Notes under the pieces: generated by a model
What the model saw: only the letters and a program-made list of their open reading frames with translations
Told to the model about the DNA's origin: nothing
Databases searched by the model: none
From: Mizuhopecten yessoensis
Taxonomy: Eukaryota
Length of the DNA stretch: 64,000 nt
Direction of reading: 5' to 3'
Assembly: GCF_002113885.1 (NCBI RefSeq)
Contig: NW_018479986.1
Coordinates: forward strand, 124,001 to 188,000
Shown here: positions 38,601 through 51,260 of the stretch, piece by piece
Numbering within the stretch: the stretch's first letter is position 1
How the letters are laid out: each line of letters opens with the position of its first letter
Position numbers and translations under genes: made by a program

Positions 38601-40344
38601 ACCCATTTCATCACAGGGTCACAACAAAACCAAAGTTTATCCCGAACAAATTCACAATGTCAATATCGGGCATGTCCACGTTAACGTTACACATTTAACA
38701 GAAATGCATGCATGTACTATGCCACATGCATCCAACAAGATTGTTGAAAAATCGTTAACTAACAAATTAATGCACAAATAGCTCAGCCAACGCCACAGGC
38801 TGATTTGGTAGCTAACGTAACCGATGTTGCATCTCGTTCCATACGTCCTCGATGGACAAAAGTTCAGATGATAGTACAGAACATGGCAATACATCCACAT
38901 TTTGCTGAGTAATAAAACCAATCACAAAACGTGCAACATGTGGTCTAGCGTTTTCATGTTGCAACGTAATGAGATGTTGTTGAACGAAGGGGATGACTTG
39001 GGTTTGCAGGATCTCATCGGGGTAGAGTGAATCCGTCAAATATCCATCAACGACCACCAGAGGCGTTCTGACTTTCGCTGTTATGCCTCCCCGGGCCATT
39101 ATATTACATCTGTCAACACTCTATGGTAAATTGTATGATCCTTTGATAGAGCACTTATGTTGTACTAAGTCATTTCAGGCCCAGCGTAAATGACTATGTA
39201 TGGTTGGGGCCTTTTTTGACCCCCAAATCCATCAAAATTAAAAATCTGCAATATAACTTTCAAACGACTGTTTATTTAATTTTGAATACTTTCTCAGTAC
39301 TATTATGGAAACATTTATTTGTGTTTTCAATTTTGGCTGCCATGGTGACCAGGTCATATTTGCATAAATTATTGAAATTTGATTATTCAGTCAATTTTAA
39401 CAGGTTTTCACCTAGTTTTCTCTTAGATACCATAGAGCGCACTCTTGAACAAACTTTATATTTCTCCTAAAGATGTATTACAGGTGCCTACACATTATCC
39501 TTTGATATGAAGTTTGTTCAAGCATGCGCTCTATAGATTCTAGGAGAAAACCTATGCAAAATATCCCAATATTCACTGAATATTCAAGTTTTTCTAATTT
39601 ATGCAAATTTGAACTTGTAACCATGGTAACAATAATCAGAAATATAAATAATTTTTTTCATAATAGTATTTGAGAAGTATTCGAAATTAAAGAAACAGTC
39701 ATTTCAAAGTTCATTTAAAGGGTTTGAATTTTGATGCATTTGGGGGCCAAAACAGGCCCAAACCATACATACGAGAAGTTCTCGGAACGAAACAACAGCT
39801 TAATGTTGTAACAATAAGATTAATAGTGTTAAAATAGTGGTCACCTGGAAATTTGGGGTTTTACACTTGCATTGCATTTGGGTGATGCAGAACATATGTA
39901 AATATATAATGGAATAAATGTTGGCTAGACATTAATCCTATTTGCGAATGATCTTAAACATGTCACTCGGAGATTAAGTGATATGTATGACTCACACAAC
40001 TATTTTCCATGATTTCTATAACAAGATTTGTGAATGTTAACCCAAAAGAACATCTCAATAAAGCCAGAAAATAGATAGACAAATTATGAAATTACACTCA
40101 ATCTATAAAAACCCAAATCAATAATAAAAGACCGTCCTTCACTTTTGGTGACTGTAACCTGTTGTTGGCTTAAACTCTGACCTTAATTGCCTATTTCTAC
40201 CTAGTCCTTTGTATAACAAGTTTACCTGTCGCCTGCCTCTAATACAGTTACACGGGTAAGGCCGCCTTTAATGAGGTGACACCCAGCTGCGAGACCGGCC
40301 AGACCAGCTCCTATAACCAACACGGATGGGTCCTTACAAGCCAT
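35653..40344 (-). CDS. FAD-dependent polyamine/spermine oxidase family protein (PAOX/SMOX-like), ~477 aa
   Basis: Exons 40226-40344 (MACKDPSVLVIGAGLAGLAA..VLEAGDR), 38012-38170 (IGGRI..ELGATWIHG), 35653-36808 (GGY..L, ADHVIVTISLGVLK, GYGTASKI, RGSYSY, FAGEAT..HG..SG.REA); phase-2 GT-AG introns join in frame; 5' UTR acceptor just upstream of 40362. Confidence 0.92.
38650..39100 (-). mobile_element. Tc1/mariner transposase remnant
   Basis: QHENARPH (cf. QQDNARPH), SSELLSIEDVWN (cf. SPDLNPIEHVW) and decayed GGHTRY* end; inverted partial copy at ~47290-47400. Confidence 0.8.
39195..39771. mobile_element. Fold-back MITE with long imperfect arms, TA-flanked
   Basis: TATGTATGGTTGGGGCC..CCCCCAAATCCATCAAAATT / AATTTTGATGCATTTGGGGG..GGCCCAAACCATACATA; inverted similarity continues inward to ~39460/39510. 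Confidence 0.8.
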
Positions 40345-41030
40345 TGTGTCAAACAGGGAAGGCTGCAATTAAAAAGAATGTGTTATTACATTTCTGCCAT
40401 TGAAATATCGGATTTATCAACTTGATAAAACTGATATTTTTCACACTGTGACAAATATCAAAACTAATCATAACGGTACCGTCTATTCGCTGCATTCAAA
40501 GGCAACGTTTTCTTTGTTCAGATTAAAATGAAGCGACGGTTGAATAAGTGGTTGTTATGGTAAATGTTTGTTACACACACTTAAGTATTTACATAAATAT
40601 ACGATTAATAACAATAATATAAGCAATCATTCCAGAAAATAGCAAAAACCGTTGGAATTGCGTCGAGTATCCGATTCAAACTGGTGCGCAGCCTTGTTGT
40701 CAAGCGTGACGTCATTAGAATAAAGCGCTAAATTTTACGCTTCTGATTCCCGCCCTTTTTTAATGCATTCAATTTTTCATATTTTATGCTTTAGAAATGT
40801 AATAAATAGAATGGTGTCTTCAGTTATAACAAATATGTTTCGCTCGTGTCGCTAATATCAAAATTTTAGCCACACTCGTGAAATATATTTGTTATTACCG
40901 ATGACACCATTAGATATCCTCTATTTATCTACTCATGTTGCTTCTATATAACTTGAAAGTAGACACGTATAGGTGATTGCGTCAATATAATGTGGTAATA
41001 TATATACAGCATACGATAATGAATTACATT

Positions 41031-41074
41031 ACATCATACAGCTGTTTTGTCTTTTAAAGACTCATCGGTGATGC
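41031..41074 (-). ncRNA. Decayed minimal type I hammerhead ribozyme motif (Penelope-like type)
   Basis: GCATCA CCGATGA GTCT-TTAAA-AGAC AAAA C-AGCT-G TA TGATGT: stems I and II pair and loop 3 is palindromic; core deviates from CUGAUGA/GAAA. Relatives at ~38400-38445 (+) and ~47572-47618 (-). Confidence 0.5.
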
Positions 41075-43139
41075 TAGCAGCCAAAACAGTTGAAATTTAA
41101 AATGGTTCAATTTATCATTAATGTAGAAGGGAAGATGCATATTAAAATCAAACATTTAAAAATATAAGTGGAATAAGAATTAATTTAGAATTAAAATGAG
41201 TCAAAATTGTATAAAATGAATCGTGCCACTACCAAAGAGATTGTTGTTGCCGTCAAGGTTGCGATACACGTCGGAGACTAAAAAAAACATTCGCAGGGTT
41301 TACCAGCATATGTCTTGAAGGATGAATTTAAGACCAACACTTGTGATTGCACGTATACAATTTTGGTAATAAATACAGTTCGCCAAATACGAATTCGCTG
41401 CACCGTACAGCTGTTTCGTCCTTCTAGCAATCGTTGGTACAAAGATATTGCTTTTGTGATGTGTATTCTCATTGACAAAAACGTTGCTACTGAAACATGT
41501 TTATCGCATTCACTTAAGCATGATTATGTGATACCGTCAATAATATACATAGAAGAAGATATTCACATTTGGTTCTGAGGGCCGTATTCCAAAGCATCAA
41601 GAGATTACTAATGTGGGAGCTCACTGCAGAAATGCTACGTTAATTAACATAGAAAGTGTAGAAGATAATTTATTCAAATTTGGCAAACCAGTCCTGATCG
41701 ATACTCATTTAAATCTAAAAACGCCAAAAGGAAAACACTCAGTACTAATTTTATGGTCTTTGATGTATCTCGCCTAGGGAATGGAGCCCGTAACGTTCTT
41801 TGTTTTGGCCATAAGCTTCAATCCGAGGGTATCCTTTATGAATATGTTTATGATGTTTAGAACGTTAACAAATACTCGTATGTACTTGGATAGATATTTC
41901 GTCATCATGATTGCAACAGTCTGTCATTATTATTACTATCAAGCTTTCAATTAATTTTCCAGACAGCCTTTGAACTTGCAATATGAAAGCGATTGCAAAT
42001 TTTGTTTGCAAATGGTACATGTATATCCTTTACATCTGTTGTGGAGACAAATTAAACATCACAGTGGTATCATTTTCAATCGATATAGCACTCTTTTCTA
42101 CATTTGTTTCATTGAATTGTCATAATTTTAATGGTAATGCTATTTCCAAAACGATTTTTTTGTTTATTATTTCCGTTGAGCATTTTTATGATTTAACGGC
42201 TAATTCAAGTAGCATTTTTTTCCGTTAGTGCTCCAATTCCTATTTTTGTCCCACCGACATTTTATATTGAAAGTTCATCTTCAGGATTAAGTTACTAGAC
42301 CTGGGTGTCAGGTATTTCACTACCCCGATAACCTTTTAACTTAAATATCATGAGAGAAAAACATCAGGCAATAATCTATGCTACTGTTATCCTATAGTGT
42401 TACAATTGACATTAAAATAACCGACAAATTAAAATATGGATGAAAAATACAATGGAAAAATAGTTTGTGACCTAAAATATGGCAAGACACTGCACATGTT
42501 TAAACACTTCTACTAACGATTAATAAAAGATAAGAACTACCTACCTAACAGCTCAATAACGACAGGTACACTGATACAGTGATGAGACACTTGAAGGTCA
42601 GGTATGATGCGGCAAGCTGACAGGTAGGCTCGTCCAGTTCTGTGTTCAGGTGTATCACTGATGGTGTTCGTAGCGGATGGAGATTTTTATATCTACATAT
42701 TATAAACCGGGCACGCATCGCTGATTTGGTTTCTGAAATATACATTGATGCATAAATGGTGGCTATAGAAATCATAGAGAGCAGCTCCGGAGGACTTATT
42801 GGAGCCTCGTTTTGGATACACTTTGTAAAACCTGAATGCTTAACATACGCACAGTTGTCTGATATCTGAATGTCGTTTATACACAGCACTATGAAGTTAA
42901 GATCAAAAGTTATCTCAATGTGCATTTACTGTTAACATGACTTTATCAAACAGATAAAAGAAAAGAAGAGAAAATATTGGCCTGACATAAAACTTATAAA
43001 CATGGAACGCTGGTGGGCGCCAATATCCCTCTGGGATCTCTAGTTGCGCCATAACTTTGAAACGATTGTTGGCTAAGCATGTTTACATCATGTACGCTAC
43101 ATATATGCATATGGTAGTTCTGGTAGTTATAATAAGAGA

Positions 43140-43480
43140 AAAATTCTCTTTCATATCCAAAGGTGTAGGATAGGGAAATTCCATCATCAGGATTTTTCAA
43201 ATTTGGCAAAACCCGAGGCTTTTAAAACCCCTCGGTAGAATGTCCCTATCCTAAACCTATTGGCATGAAATATTCTTGTTATATTATGTTATGGATCCCT
43301 GTCCCACTGCAAAAAAAAACCACCACAAAGTAATTCCACTGCTATTTTTTCGTTAAAACCTCCCCTTACTTTTTGGCGTAATGCACATCGGTTGACCAGG
43401 TAGCTGAGTTGGTCGGAGCGACAGTATAGATGTTTGTGGTCAAAGGATCGAATCCTGGTCCAACCCTGTTTACATTCAGA
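43140..43480. mobile_element. Palindromic non-autonomous repeat with tRNA-like segment
   Basis: TAGGATAGGGAAATTCC..GAATGTCCCTATCCTA inverted repeat (43165-43255); A/B-box-like TAGCTGAGTTGG / GGATCGAATCC at 43394-43462. Confidence 0.45.
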
Positions 43481-45428
43481 TCACTGTTGTTTTGTTTGTG
43501 TCATTTTTATAAATATGTAAATAAATCATATCAATATCAAGCGAGGTTTGATCTATACAAAATTGCAATAGTTATATTTTTTTTGTCCATTCTCTGCTTT
43601 CTGTGAAACAGGGAATATTATTGTATGTGGCCCGTCTGTCCGTCATGGTTGGATTAAATGCAGTAACTCCTCTGAAATGGTTTGGTGTAACCATGTTTGG
43701 AGTGCACATACATTTTTGTACGTATTGATTTCATCCCGATTCGATTAACTTATGCCTATGGCTGAGCATGCCTACCTCCATAGTTCATGGATATAAAGAC
43801 AAAATAGAGTGTTTGTAAAAAGGTGTTTGGGGACCATTTATAAGATCTGATGGCCAATTGTGGTATCTAAGGACAATCTGAGAACACTCTCTAGACAGGA
43901 GCACAACAAAAAGGAAATTTCTAGTAGACAATAGGAGATGGTGAGGGGGATGAGGGGAGGTTATAACCAAAAAGAACCCAGAAAATAAAAATTAGAGAGG
44001 CAATCTACTAGACAGCTGATGGGAAAGGGAAACAAGGGAGGCCAAACAATTCCTATACTCAAACTATGGAAGAACGTTGCAAAAACTTGAAATCGAATTC
44101 AGTTTAAAATAGTTACAACTAGCATTTGGTTACATGGAATTAGCAAGTAAAAAGAAACTTGGTTGTTAGCTATGAATTTCATGCTTAAACATGAGAACGG
44201 TTTAGTGAACAGGGTTCTGGTATTTACCACTTAATCATGATAAGATACGTTATCTAAAGACTTTTTGGCACACGATTGCTAACAAAGTTATGTATCATGC
44301 TTACCACCATGCTATCATGGTTCTTTAAAAAGAAAAAAATTAGTGTAACTGTGTATTGAAATGAAATTATTTAAACAACCTGTTGCACCGAATGTGATAT
44401 GTTAATTATGGACCAGAAGTTTTGAACCATATGTTCCGCGTCATAATATGTAGATACATATCGATTTCTTTCGAAATTTTGATACAGATTGCCATTTAAC
44501 ACTGAAATACAATGAATGCTGCGCCATGTTTTATGAAATATGAATGCTGGCATTAAATTAATTATTGACGATGTTGTATATCAATATTATACATTGGCAG
44601 CAATTTAGCTGTAATATTCATTTATTCTAATAAGATTATTTCTATTTAATTATGAATTATACTCATTGTAAATGCAGTTATTAAAATTGTATCTATTATT
44701 GAACATATGACAGACTGATTTTAGATTTATTTTAATTCTGCAATTGACATTCCTATATTACATGTCCTGCTTCGTACTATGTAGATGCGTATTGGGTTCT
44801 CTCTATTTTTTAAACCTGTTTTGTACTTCGAATTCTAAATCAAAACTGAAATATAATATTTACTGCGACATGCCTATCGAACACATATATTTCCATTTAT
44901 ATTTTATTTTACTCGTTATAAATGCCATAATTGAAATTATATCTATTATTTGACAGATGACCGACCGATGTTTGGTTTTATTTTTAATTAATTCTCCAAG
45001 TGACAATCCTATAATCATTAGTCATAATGATGGGCGTATGGTAACACGATTAATGTGAATCTATGTTATCCATCTGAAAGCAGCTTGGCCATATTCGATG
45101 TATTTTGATTCCATGCTCTCAGTAGCAAATTAATCGTGTATATATATATTCTTACATTATGATTTATACATTGTTTTTCATTTGGAGCATCGTGTGACCA
45201 TTTTCTGAACCATGATTTGAAAATGTTCCTAATAAACGGATTAGTGTAAAACTAAAACAGATGTTAAATATGTTGAATATATGCCATGGTATAGTTATAA
45301 TGAGAAAATTGTATACTGCTGTGGTTTTTTATGTTTATAAAAACATACCAACATATAAATACATCTAAACAATTTCTTCGGGTTGGTTAATATGGATTAT
45401 GATCATTTCTTTTCACACAATCAAAAGA

Positions 45429-45670
45429 TTTTCTATGTGACGTTTCGATGACTAGTACGATATGTACGCTGTCAGACAAAAGACCAATGAAGCGTATGCA
45501 TACAAAGGTGCAAAATGTGAAAAATGCTTACAGCGTAGCCGAATTGACTTGATTTGGTGGACACCTCGTTCACATGTTACACCTTTGTGTGCATACGCTC
45601 CACTGGTCATTTGTCTTATGAAGGTGACAGCGTACTTTTCGTATTAGTCATCGAAACGTCACATAGAAAA
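45429..45670. mobile_element. 242-bp fold-back element
   Basis: TTTTCTATGTGACGTTTCGATGACTAGTACGA / TCGTATTAGTCATCGAAACGTCACATAGAAAA with arms pairing over ~90 bp. Confidence 0.8.
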
Positions 45671-46349
45671 ATCGTATTGGTTTTGTAAAAAAACTTCTCA
45701 TAATTTTCTACCTTGATAGTTTACAATTTTGAACTACTACGATCGCTAGTAACCATTTCTTTTTTTTCACTGTGTACACTGAAATTCACCCAGTTACCAT
45801 TGTTACAGCACATTAGAGCTATCATCTTATAGCCTTATCATATATCGTGCCATTAAATCAACATTAAAATGAACCAATCACACGTTATCAAGTTTTTAAA
45901 GTAAATATTTTGTCCTCTTATCCGACTTATAAGTAAATATTTATAAAACATTAACAGAAAAGCAATGTAATTCGCCATCTATGCAATTCTATCCATAACC
46001 GGACCAAAATAGAAAACCTTTCCTTAATTATTTGCCGCCATCATAGCGTCAGTAAAAGTCAAGCACTATTCTAAAAGCTGAGAAGCTGTACAAGATTGTA
46101 AGTCAGAACCAAAGTGCCAAGAAGCCTGTTATATTACGTTAGGCTATTGTTGACAGCACGAGAAAACGTCGATTTTCCCTCCTGTCGGTGACGTCTCTAG
46201 TTCTCTGTGCTAATACATTTAGTAATACAGTAACACTGAATTGGTGACGCCAGGGGCCAGAAATGTACTGTTGAAACAGAGAGGAAGGTGCGTAAAAGCC
46301 CTAAATAATAATTTAAACCAAAATAATTTGACGGAGACAGATATTGACC

Positions 46350-46800
46350 CTTCATTTAAAATGTTTACATTTAAAAAGTTTCATTATTATCAGCTCCTGA
46401 TTTCCATTCACACAGTTTCCAATAAAGGTTTCATAATTGTTCAACCATAGTTTCATATCGCAACTTTGGGGTCTGTAAACATTTTCAATGGTTTGGAGTT
46501 TTTAAAATTGACCTTTATACCGAGCACCTCAATGACATGTTGTTCTAAGTCATTTCGTCGACTTTATTTTAGTTGCTACACCACCGTTTCTATAGTCATT
46601 TGGACGGTCTGCACGTTTTGGTCGGTGACCTGTAATATCAATATCTCCACTGGAGATAGTAGAAGATAGCCATGTTTCTTAGACACACAGTAGTGGTTGC
46701 AATAGTAAGTGTATGGATATTTCCTCAAATCATTGTATATACAACGTATGTTCCAAGAACAGAGCGGGAATCCAGCGGGTAAATTGAATAATGTAGTTTT
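46350..46800 (-). mobile_element. Degenerate CR1/L2-type LINE AP-endonuclease fragment
   Basis: Frameshifted motifs SWNIRCI then ETWLSSTISSGDIDITGHRPKRADRPNDYRNGGVA, matching the WNxRS/ETWL/RxDR/GGV pattern of LINE APE domains. Confidence 0.65.
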
Positions 46801-47908
46801 CAAATCTTCAATACCCCCATAGTAGGAAGCAATTAGTTTGTTCCAAGTCATAAAATTTGTAACTGTACTTTGCATGTTAACAAATTCCAATAGTATCGCC
46901 CAACCAAGCGTGCATGTTCCACTTACATCTCCGTCATGCCTGATTGACCATTCATTCATCGACAGTATAATCCCTAGTGTGACACAGGTAATAAACAAGG
47001 TGTATTTACCTTTACATTGTCCAATATCGGAATTCCCCATACTGGATCTCGCTCCACACATATTGAGCATTGAGAAATGACAAAGTCCGATTCTCAAACT
47101 GTATATCATCAAATCACACTGAGAAACTTTCATTGATGAAATCTGTCAATTTTTGAATAAGTCAATATCAATAATATAGCACAATTTACGGAAATACACA
47201 AGAACCATAACACACACCCAACCTTGGTAAGGAGAACACCTGACACGGTCATCGAAGGTGCATCTAACACGGCATTCCTGGGGAACTATCAACAATATTG
47301 TTGGATGCATGTTTCATGGGTGAAGTCCGTGTATTACTGCTACATGTGTTACGGTGGACATGCCGGATACTGACATTTTGAACTGGTTCGGGATACACTT
47401 TGTTTTTGTTGTACTCTTGTGATGAAATGGGTATTTGTTTTACTATTTTGAATAAATTGGTCTAAGATAAAATGTGCCTTTTACAGTTCTGCCAAATTGT
47501 GAACGTAACACACACAGGTGAATTCACCATAATTCTTGATAATATATACAGTAAACCAAAAGGTATTACACTGCATTATTCAGCTGTTTCGTCCCTTTAG
47601 GACTCATCGAAGGTGCTCAGATACACGAAATTGAAAATCCATATAGTCTGAGCTACTGTTGAAATAGAAGAGCATGTGCGTAAATTCTCTTGATTATAAG
47701 TACAATAAAAAGAGGATACTTTCATTTTTTTAAAATCTGTAAAATTTGTGTATTATAACCCATGCCTCTACGCAAAAGGGTAAACTTTGGCAATCCAGAT
47801 TGTGGTATTTAACTGTTTCTTTACTATGAGAGTTTCTTTTTTGTAGCTAGTATACTTTTATTTAGCATAAAGGGACTACCTTGCATTACGCTTCTATGTA
47901 TATTATAG

Positions 47909-50367
47909 AATTAGCGGCAGAATTCACTCTGTACCGTTTGGTGACGATGGCGAAGCAGAAGACCAAGCGACGGTAGAGTTGGGGGCAACTTGGATCCATT
48001 GTAAAGGCCCAGTAAACGAATTGGCGGAGGCTTTCGATCTCATCGACTGCGATCCGACAGAGGACGAGTACGTTAGCTGCCAGTAGCATTTGGTTTACTC
48101 TTTATCACAACAAAACACTGAGCTTTAGGGAAATATTTTTATAATTTGTGTTAAAAAAGGATGTCGAGTGTTTTTGTTTTTTTATTTTCTTCATCCTTAG
48201 CAACGTTTCAGTTAATGAATTGTCGTCTGTTTTCGGTCTCATTGACAACGGATTAATACAGGACAAGTTAGTCATCAAGAGTAAGCTGTTAGTGGTATAC
48301 TGTGAAGTCACTAATTTTCGTTGGGTATTTAATTTGGTTGATTTCGTGGGTAATCTACTTCTACGAATTCATAGGTCCACGAAGTAATTACAAATGTGTC
48401 ATAAAGCAATTCACCGTATGAGTGGGTACTCGTGATATACGAATCCATGTTTCAACCAAATAGTGTTTTGCTGGAAACCACGAATTGAATTTTTCGCCCC
48501 ACGAAAATATCTGATTTCACAGTATGACATACTGTGAAGAAGTAATATGACATTATATAGCAGGTATCACGCGATAAATGTTTCATTTGGGCTATAAAGA
48601 AAATGTTAAAATGTCACTATTTTGATTTACCTCGGTTTGTGATTGTTTTGTCTACCCAGGGTAGAAGTAAACCCATCACGAGAGTTCCCCTTAACGTAAG
48701 GTAGCTCTCACCTGTGCTCACCTGTGTACTCGATCGTCAACATTTCTACAAAATGCATGATTATTTTTATTGAGTTACAGCGTAATCACGATTATCTTAT
48801 CCTAAGATTGCGATTTCGCTGTCTACAAAACACCATACTGTGAACAATACTCTGATGAATATTAACACAATTTTAGGTTTACAATATCGCAACTTGGAAC
48901 GCACCCGATAGTAATCTTGTCTTGAGGTTATGAAAGCGTCTTAAACGAATACAGATATCGTATGCCAAAAATGAATTCGCTGCATCATACAGCTCATCAG
49001 TGATATTAAAGAAGAAGGAATCTGTCGTTTTAAATATTATACGTATTTGCAGAAAGCCGAAAACGTACACCTTTTACAGCACCATACTGGTATTACCATT
49101 GCGCCCATTTCGAACTTATCCCCCGCCCCCTAACCCAGAGAATGGGTCACCCTAAAAATCTTTTATTACTTTTTTTCTGCGAACTAATAAGACACTTTGT
49201 GAGTTTGAGTTGTACTTGACAGCTGCCAAAAAAGCCCCTACCGGACACGTTTTCGGCAAGCCTGTTTCGTTGAATTTGCTGTCGTTTTAGGTTGCTTGTA
49301 GGAGATTTCATTCTGTTAATTTACTGGCAAACCTCGAACGCTTGTGTGTGTCGGACGGCATATTTCTTGTAACGAAGAGAGATTCTTGTTTGAGTTATCT
49401 CCCCTCGCGCGTGCTTTTATAGACCTCGGCAGAGCGGGGGTCTATAGAAATAAAGCCCCCGGCAGGATATCCAATCAGAAAGAGTGTTACAAATTAAAAG
49501 GGTGGCAAGCGTCAATAATACCCTTTGTAACGTTACAGAGTTACAACTTTAGCTCAAAACAGATAATACTGAACGATCCCTGTACCACTGACAGAAGCCA
49601 TAGCATAGTATAGGAAACTGTTTTCCTATGTGACTATAGCTTTGATAAATAATTTCTGAAAAGAAAACCAAACCTTGCAGGACTTTTATGAAAACTAATG
49701 AAGATGAAATGAATAAGATATTATCATCAACAATGACTTGTGTGGAATAATTCAGCAAAGCTTGACCGAAATTCGAACCTCGTATTTAAGTTTATTATAC
49801 CTAGCGCTCTAACCATTTCAGTTTCCTGGTCGATGGAAGTGTTCTAGGTTAATTTTTTGGGCCGAACTGAAACTTGTCTGGAGAAACAACACTATTGAAT
49901 AAAACACGAATTTACGCAGTTGTGCTAAATGTGTGTACACATTCAACTCCCTGGCAGCCAACCCCAATACACTAGACGTTTGGCTATGCGGAGAGGAAGG
50001 CAAACAGATAGAAACAATTCATAATGACGTCATAGCGAATGTGCTTACCACGGTGTTGAGACAATTTCTCAACGACCAAACTATCTCGGAACCCGATCCA
50101 ATCCTAAAAACCTCGTGGGTCTCAAACCGACAGTTCAGGGGGTCGTACTCCTACATCCGGGTAGGATCGACAGTAGAGTATCTTCGTACTCTAGCCACGC
50201 CCCTTGTTGCCAAGGACAACAAGCCTATCCTGTAATTTGCCGTTGAGGCTACGGATGTTGACTTCCTTTCGACGACGCATGGGTCACTGAATTCAGGTAT
50301 CCGAGAGGCTAACAGGCTGTTCACGCGTCACATTGATACAGTTATTAACCCTGTGAATCAGTGTAAG
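47909..50367 (+). pseudogene. Polyamine oxidase pseudogene (inverted partial duplicate)
   Basis: Exon-2 copy 47909-48067 (GG>SG, WIHG>WIHC); only the 3' part of exon 3 (49864-50367), with in-frame TAA at 49900-49902 and 50233-50235; no exon 1 seen. Confidence 0.9.
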
Positions 50368-50742
50368 GGTTAACAATTCATGGAAGTAGAGGCATAGCCT
50401 ACATCGGTAATCCGTATTGTACATTCATGTGGCAACTTTAATATATTTAGTGAGACATTGTATTTTAATAAGACATTTCTACAAGTTCGATTAATAAACA
50501 TAGGATATACGTTTACTGTCCTTACCCTTTTATTTTCAATGAATAATAATAAAAAAAAATAGACAAAAACCGTAGCAGAGTCGTTGGAAAAATGGAAATC
50601 ATGCCTTGCCTGCCAACACCTTATGAAGGTGACGCCTTTACTCACTAACAGCAACCTCAATTACATGGTCTGTCATCAAATAACCTTATGTCAGATGAAT
50701 AATGTACTATGTGGTATTGCTGATAGGCTGATTGATTGTTTG

Positions 50743-50890
50743 TTGCGGTGGCTAGGTGGTTAAAGCGCCTAACATTCTGCTACCACTTGCCCTCCACCAC
50801 TTGGTCGCCGGTTCGTAGGCCGGTAGTTCTATTTTTCTCCTGGTTTTCCTCCACCTGTTAATAGGGCGTAAAACACAAACAAGCAAACCG
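50743..50890 (+). mobile_element. Internally deleted V-domain SINE (same family as 617-809)
   Basis: GCGGTGGCTAGGTGGTTAAAGCGCC..CATTCTGCTACCAC..CCCTCCACCAC matches 617-680; (CAAA)-like tail. Confidence 0.7.
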
Positions 50891-50914
50891 AACCAAGCCT
50901 AATGATTGTTGACA

Positions 50915-51260
50915 CCTGTTTTAACGTCCTATCAACAGCTAACATCACTAATAGACGTGCTTTCGTGTGTTTTATGTATGAGTGTATTTGTTTGTATATT
51001 TGAGGCAATGAATATTGATGTATTTGCCTCCCTACGATAGAATTGTTCTGATGTCGACTTTAGAGCGATACCTCACTGAAATACCATGCCGAAGGCACCC
51101 AACACAGTAACCCTATATTTTACTAACAGTGAGTGGGCCGGTTGTTGTCATTACTCTAAATGCTGAATGTTAAGCAGGAAATAACAACTTCCATGTTAAG
51201 GAATTTGGTATGTCCCAGCATGCGGACAGATCCCATTGCCTTTCTTATCTGGGAGAACGT
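50915..51260 (-). mobile_element. Degenerate tRNA-derived SINE (Meta-domain-like) with I/Nimb-like tail
   Basis: Tail reverse complement GTGATGTTAGCTGTTGATAGGACGTTAA; body AATGCTGAATGTTAAGCAGG..TTTGGTATGTCCC; tail-only homologues at 26050-26170, 34350-34465 and 2360-2460. Confidence 0.5.

Noticed and set aside
41278-42925. ORFs 41315-41578 and 42545-42925 in the spacer
   Set aside because: No recognisable domain or convincing splice pattern by eye; needs a homology search.
43394-43462. tRNA gene (also the heads at 617 and 35280)
   Set aside because: A/B boxes are present but there is no complete cloverleaf; embedded in SINE or repeat bodies.
46576-47133. 185-aa ORF as a host gene
   Set aside because: Overlaps frameshifted LINE endonuclease motifs; the rest is not protein-like.
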